Shown here piece after piece: positions 15,990 to 20,000 of a stretch of DNA of 20,000 bases. A model generated the notes under the pieces. The model saw only the letters and a program-made list of their open reading frames with translations, did not search any database and was not told the DNA's origin. The position numbers and the translations under genes are program-made. This stretch comes from an uncultured virus (IMG/VR IMGVR_UViG_3300046727_000499) (taxonomy: Duplodnaviria > Heunggongvirae > Uroviricota > Caudoviricetes), in IMG/VR virus record IMGVR_UViG_3300046727_000499, one strand, 5' to 3'. Positions within the stretch are counted from its first letter, which is position 1; each line of letters starts with the position of its first letter.

Positions 15990-18308
15990 ATGGCGCGGCT
16001 GACCTGTTGGACGGTCGGTGCGAACCCGGTCCCGCTCCTCACCTGTGTCGGCGGTACCGTCGTCCTGACCGAAATCGACCAGTTCACCGCGCATGACCTG
16101 GAGTTCGCGGCCGCCGATGCGCGCACGATCCAGGCGATGAAGGAATGGACCCTGCTCGAACTGGTGCAGGAGGGCGTCGGCACGATCGGCTACGGGTACG
16201 TCGTCAATCCCCGCCAGAGCGTCAGCGACCAGGGCGCGGGCACCATCCGCGTCAGCCTCGAGCAACTGACGCACGAGTTGACCTGGCACCGGACGCGGCG
16301 GGGCTGGCAGGCACAGAACAACATCTCGATCGTCCAGGCACGCCTCGCGGCGCTGGCACCCGGCTGGACCGGCGTCTTTACGGACCTGTACACGGTGGAC
16401 CCGCAAGGGAACCCGCGCGATCTCACCGTGCAGGTGACACTGAACAACCCGACCGCACTCGGCGGCTATCTGCAACTCGCCCAACAGTTCTCACAGCATG
16501 CGCGCCTCGGCACCCTCGTCGATGCGACCGGCAACCCGGCGCGCATCCTCGAGATGGGCCAGTTCGGCGCCGCCCCCACGGTGACCTTGCAGGATGCGAA
16601 GGGTGGCGATCTCGACGCCATGGGGCGCAACACGACCATGCGCGTCCCCGCCAGCGTCGAATGGCAGCCGAACAATGTCGAGGACTTCTGCAACGTCACG
16701 GTGCCATTTGGCGGCGGGCAGGACACGGATTCACTCGTCACGCTGGAACGCCTGTGGCGGATCATCAATGACCCCGCCTACCCGGATGTCGGGCGGTACG
16801 GTTCCGATGCCGACTCGACGGCACGCACGGGGAGGGCGAGCCTGTTTCCTGAGTACGATCCCGCCTATCCGATCACGGACCCGGAGCATCCGCCCACGGG
16901 CACGATTCAGTATGACGCGCAGGGGAATCTCCTCCAGGGGGCGTACAACACGCGCGGCGTCACCCTCGACGGGCACTATGACTACATCGTCTACGATGCC
17001 GCCAGTTATGCCACCTACGGGCACAAGGAGACCAAAGACTATATCGATTCATCGCTGACCTACCCGTCCGCGGATCCCGCCGATCAGGTCTACACCGCGC
17101 GCGCTCTCTATGTCTCGGTGGTTGGGTTCTTCAAACGCTACGCGCACCCGCATCACGCCTTTACGTGCACCGTCAACGATGCGAACACGCTGCCGACACG
17201 CGCGGGCGACCTGGTCGCCACGGATTTCCAGCACGTCTCGGTGGCCGAGAACGCCGCGGTCGTGGAGATGAACATCACCGAGAGCATGCGGGTGATGCAG
17301 GTGACGCGGGCGTTCAACGGTGATGATCCCGCAGTGGACACGTACACCCTCTCGAATCTCGGGCGCTTTGATGCGACGGACGCCACGGGTGCGGCGGATA
17401 CCGCGCAGACGATCGTCGCCTTGCAGCGGCAACAGGGAACGGGCCTGGCTCCGTATACGCGCGACTTTGCGGGCAACATCGATGTCGCGAACCCGATCAC
17501 CGTGTCCATCTACGTGCCGCAGTTGCATTTCCGCTGGCACGAGTTCCGGGTGCAGTGCGACTGGCTCCCGTTTCGTGGCACGGCGACGACGGCACACACC
17601 ATCCAGGGATCGCCGATCGTCACGGTCGGGGCCGTGGAAATCCTGATCGCGACGCCAGCGGACATCAACGCCGTCGCCGCGAATATCGGCGGTATCCCCG
17701 ATCACGTGCACGGCATGGCGGTACTCGGCAACACACGGGCCTTCACCATCTCTAGCACGCCTGCCACGATCTCGCCAAATAACTACCTCTGGGTCGGCGG
17801 ATCGGGAACCAATCTGGTGCTGAACGCGAACAGCCTCACCGGCACGCTGTACACCGGCACGCCGCCGGGCAGCCATCAGCAGGTCAATCTCGATCCGACC
17901 GCGCATCCGCACGTGGTCAAGAAGCAGGGGGAAACGGTGGGCCACCTTCCGGCGGGGACGGTGATCGGCCCCGTACCGGACCACGCGCATGACGTGGAGA
18001 AGCGCATCCCCACCGGGCAACCCGCCCCTGCGTCCATCACCCTGACGATCAATGGGGTCAGCCTCTCCTCCGGTGCCTCGGTGCAGGGGACACGTGACCC
18101 GCTGCTTGGCAACGCATTCACGTCAGCCTTTGTTGCCAATGACATCTCGGTGGAGATGGAGGCGGCCGGGAGGCCGGGATCGGTCGTCCCGCTCCGGTTT
18201 GACGCGGGCACGAGCGCGGGCAATCCCTTCGGGGTGGGTTTCCTGCAAATCTCGGTGACTGCGGTGGAGGAACTCGGCGGCCTGGCAAGCACCTTCCGCG
18301 CATCGTAA
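15990..18308 (+). CDS. Large minor tail protein, probable baseplate hub (Tal-like) or central fibre (772 aa)
   Basis: Size and position; hub-like NVTVPFGGG and RAGDLV...MRVMQVTR segments; C-terminal domain with three HxH motifs. Confidence 0.7.
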   Translation: MARLTCWTVGANPVPLLTCVGGTVVLTEIDQFTAHDLEFAAADARTIQAMKEWTLLELVQEGVGTIGYGYVVNPRQSVSDQGAGTIRVSLEQLTHELTWHRTRRGWQAQNNISIVQARLAALAPGWTGVFTDLYTVDPQGNPRDLTVQVTLNNPTALGGYLQLAQQFSQHARLGTLVDATGNPARILEMGQFGAAPTVTLQDAKGGDLDAMGRNTTMRVPASVEWQPNNVEDFCNVTVPFGGGQDTDSLVTLERLWRIINDPAYPDVGRYGSDADSTARTGRASLFPEYDPAYPITDPEHPPTGTIQYDAQGNLLQGAYNTRGVTLDGHYDYIVYDAASYATYGHKETKDYIDSSLTYPSADPADQVYTARALYVSVVGFFKRYAHPHHAFTCTVNDANTLPTRAGDLVATDFQHVSVAENAAVVEMNITESMRVMQVTRAFNGDDPAVDTYTLSNLGRFDATDATGAADTAQTIVALQRQQGTGLAPYTRDFAGNIDVANPITVSIYVPQLHFRWHEFRVQCDWLPFRGTATTAHTIQGSPIVTVGAVEILIATPADINAVAANIGGIPDHVHGMAVLGNTRAFTISSTPATISPNNYLWVGGSGTNLVLNANSLTGTLYTGTPPGSHQQVNLDPTAHPHVVKKQGETVGHLPAGTVIGPVPDHAHDVEKRIPTGQPAPASITLTINGVSLSSGASVQGTRDPLLGNAFTSAFVANDISVEMEAAGRPGSVVPLRFDAGTSAGNPFGVGFLQISVTAVEELGGLASTFRAS

Positions 18309-18319
18309 GGAGCGAGGGA

Positions 18320-18601
18320 ATGGACGCCAGCGTCGCCCTGATCACGACCCTCGGCGCGATCGCGGTGGCGCTGATCTCCGGCGGCTTCGCCTTCGCCACA
18401 CAGCGCGGCAAGGGCAGCGGCGATTATCTGCGCGAGCGGATCGCCGTCCTCGAAGCGCGTGAGGACACCACCCTCGCACCGCTCGTCGCCGCGGTGCAAA
18501 GCCAGCAGGACTCGATCGCGCAGATCGCCCAGCTGGTCACGACGGTGATGGATGAGATTCAGTACCGACGCCGGCGCCAGCAGGAAGGGAGCGATGACTG
18601 A
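18320..18601 (+). CDS. Membrane protein with N-terminal TM helix and coiled coil, holin-like (93 aa)
   Basis: AAGGAG/GAGGG RBS; hydrophobic VALITTLGAIAVALISGGFAFA, then a heptad-like region; lies between tail genes and the lysin. Confidence 0.6.
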   Translation: MDASVALITTLGAIAVALISGGFAFATQRGKGSGDYLRERIAVLEAREDTTLAPLVAAVQSQQDSIAQIAQLVTTVMDEIQYRRRRQQEGSDD

Positions 18602-18882
18602 TGGCCGCATTCCTGAACGTCGCGGAACTCCGGCTCGTCGCCCTGTATCTCGCCACGATCGCGAGCGCCGCCGTCATCGGCTTCCTGGTCGCGCGTTCGA
18701 TCAACCGGCAGCAACGGCGTGCCGCGGAGGTCGACGCGGTGCAGCACATCATCGAGGCGGACAAGCGACGGGAAGAGGCGGAAGCGCTCGCCCGCACGAG
18801 CGAGGCGCAGCAACAGCGGTTAGGACGCGTGATGAAGGGGAAGGCTGGAGATGAACACAAGGCAGATTCCCAGCATCGATGA
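18601..18882 (+). CDS. Second membrane protein with one TM helix and a charged coiled coil, holin or antiholin-like (93 aa)
   Basis: TGATG overlap with the previous gene; hydrophobic LVALYLATIASAAVIGFLVA followed by an Arg/Glu/Gln-rich helix. Confidence 0.55.
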   Translation: MAAFLNVAELRLVALYLATIASAAVIGFLVARSINRQQRRAAEVDAVQHIIEADKRREEAEALARTSEAQQQRLGRVMKGKAGDEHKADSQHR

Positions 18883-19225
18883 TGAGGGCGTCTCACCGCC
18901 ATACCGACCGCCGGGGTCGATGGCGAGAAACATGCCGCGGCCATTGCCGTCACCGCCGCCGCCGGTCGGGTGGCGCGAGCACCCGCGCGTCATTACCGCC
19001 GGTCCCTGGGCCACGATGCTCTGGTGGTACGCGTGCGATCTGGTGCGGGAGCGTGGCGGCGGGACGACGATCAGCATGCGGGACCTGAAGCGCTTGCTCG
19101 ATTGGGATGAGATCGGCCGCAAGCCGCGCACGGTGATTGACGCGGGCATCGACGCGGGATTCTTCGCCAAGACTCAGGATTCGATAATGGTGTTCATAGA
19201 CGCGCTCGATGAGCGGCGGGGGTAG
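18851..19225 (+). CDS. Hypothetical protein (124 aa) with Pro-rich N-terminus and possible winged-helix-like domain
   Basis: Purine-rich upstream sequence; HPRVITAGPWATMLW...IDAGFF pattern. Start codon uncertain (18851 or 18920). Confidence 0.5.
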   Translation: MNTRQIPSIDDEGVSPPYRPPGSMARNMPRPLPSPPPPVGWREHPRVITAGPWATMLWWYACDLVRERGGGTTISMRDLKRLLDWDEIGRKPRTVIDAGIDAGFFAKTQDSIMVFIDALDERRG

Positions 19226-19378
19226 TCGACGCCTTCTCACGCGGAAAAGCCCGTGGCGTGGCTCTCAGCGCGTTCTGGAGGCATTCCTGGAGGGGCGGCG
19301 GCGGGCGGGGCAGGCCACCCACTTCCCCCTGACCCCGACCGCCGTCACCACCCACGCCCACGATGATCGGAGAACCGG

Positions 19379-20000
19379 ATGCAGACGACGCTTGACCGCG
19401 CTTCGTATGGCTTCAATGCGCTGTCGGCGACGCAATACGAGGCGATTGTTGACGCCGGCGACATGGGCCTCGAGTCACCGATGCACGGGCAGGAAAACTA
19501 CCAGGGGTTGATGCTCGCGGCGAAGGGGATCAACGCGGATGCGCGCGTGCTTCTGTCCGGGCTGCTCTTCGAGGGGCACATGGGGGCAGATCCGAACCTT
19601 GTGGCTGCCTCAGTGAACAATCTTTCAGGGATCAAGTGGGCGGGGCAGCGCAGCGCCACCGATTCCGGCATCCCCGCTGATACCGGCGGCACGTACGCGG
19701 CGTTCGCCACCCTGACTGCGTTCTTCGGTGAATATGCGCGCACCTTGGTCAACGAGTACATCGGCCCGTACTTCGAAGCCGGCGACATGGCCAATGCATG
19801 GAGCGTCTACATCACCGGGCGGCCGAACAGCGGCCACGGCCAGGAACGTGTTGACCAGTGGGCGTACTATCGGGATCACTATCCACCGCAGGATACCGCC
19901 GGTCCTGTCAGCGGTGTGTACGGCGCGGACCTGATTGCCATGTTGCACACACAGATCGGTCACCCCTCCAGCGATGGGTATGATGCCCGAAATGGAAATC
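19379..20000 (+). CDS. Endolysin, N-terminal GH73/glucosaminidase-like domain, 3'-truncated by the window (not in the ORF track)
   Basis: GGAG at 19369-19372, ATG 19379, open to the window end: MQTTLDRASYGFNALSATQYEAIV...LLFEG...VNNLSGIKWAG...GGTYAAF...; a second domain seems to begin at GADLIAMLHTQIG. Follows holin-like genes. Confidence 0.8.
   Translation, partial: MQTTLDRASYGFNALSATQYEAIVDAGDMGLESPMHGQENYQGLMLAAKGINADARVLLSGLLFEGHMGADPNLVAASVNNLSGIKWAGQRSATDSGIPADTGGTYAAFATLTAFFGEYARTLVNEYIGPYFEAGDMANAWSVYITGRPNSGHGQERVDQWAYYRDHYPPQDTAGPVSGVYGADLIAMLHTQIGHPSSDGYDARNGN

Noticed and set aside
13142..18308. Diversity-generating retroelement or invertase-based tail fibre switching
   Set aside because: No reverse transcriptase, recombinase or template/variable repeat pair was seen in this window; elements outside it cannot be excluded.
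18320..18882. Spanin pair
   Set aside because: Neither protein has a lipobox cysteine, so they were left as holin-like membrane proteins.

Overview
A continuous, GC-rich, plus-strand late (morphogenesis) operon of an HK97-type tailed phage or prophage with a long non-contractile tail; no sheath gene was seen. Gene order: portal C-terminus, small membrane protein, prohead protease with a long extension, major capsid, two small proteins, head-tail adaptor, closure protein, gp10-like protein, tail terminator, tail tube, tail assembly chaperone with a -1 frameshift site, 1693-aa tape measure protein, distal tail protein, fibre-like protein, SGNH esterase, hub/central fibre, two holin-like proteins, a small ORF and the 5' part of an endolysin. 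The most notable observations are (1) a 116-nt nested inverted-repeat element with two perfect 16-bp stems, one of four structured intergenic leaders lying just before ribosome-binding sites; (2) a GH73-like plus NlpC/P60 cassette in the middle of the tape measure protein whose first domain is visibly paralogous to the phage's own endolysin; and (3) accessory domains inserted into the neck and tail tube proteins. All calls come from reading motifs and gene order by eye; no searches or folding programs were run.
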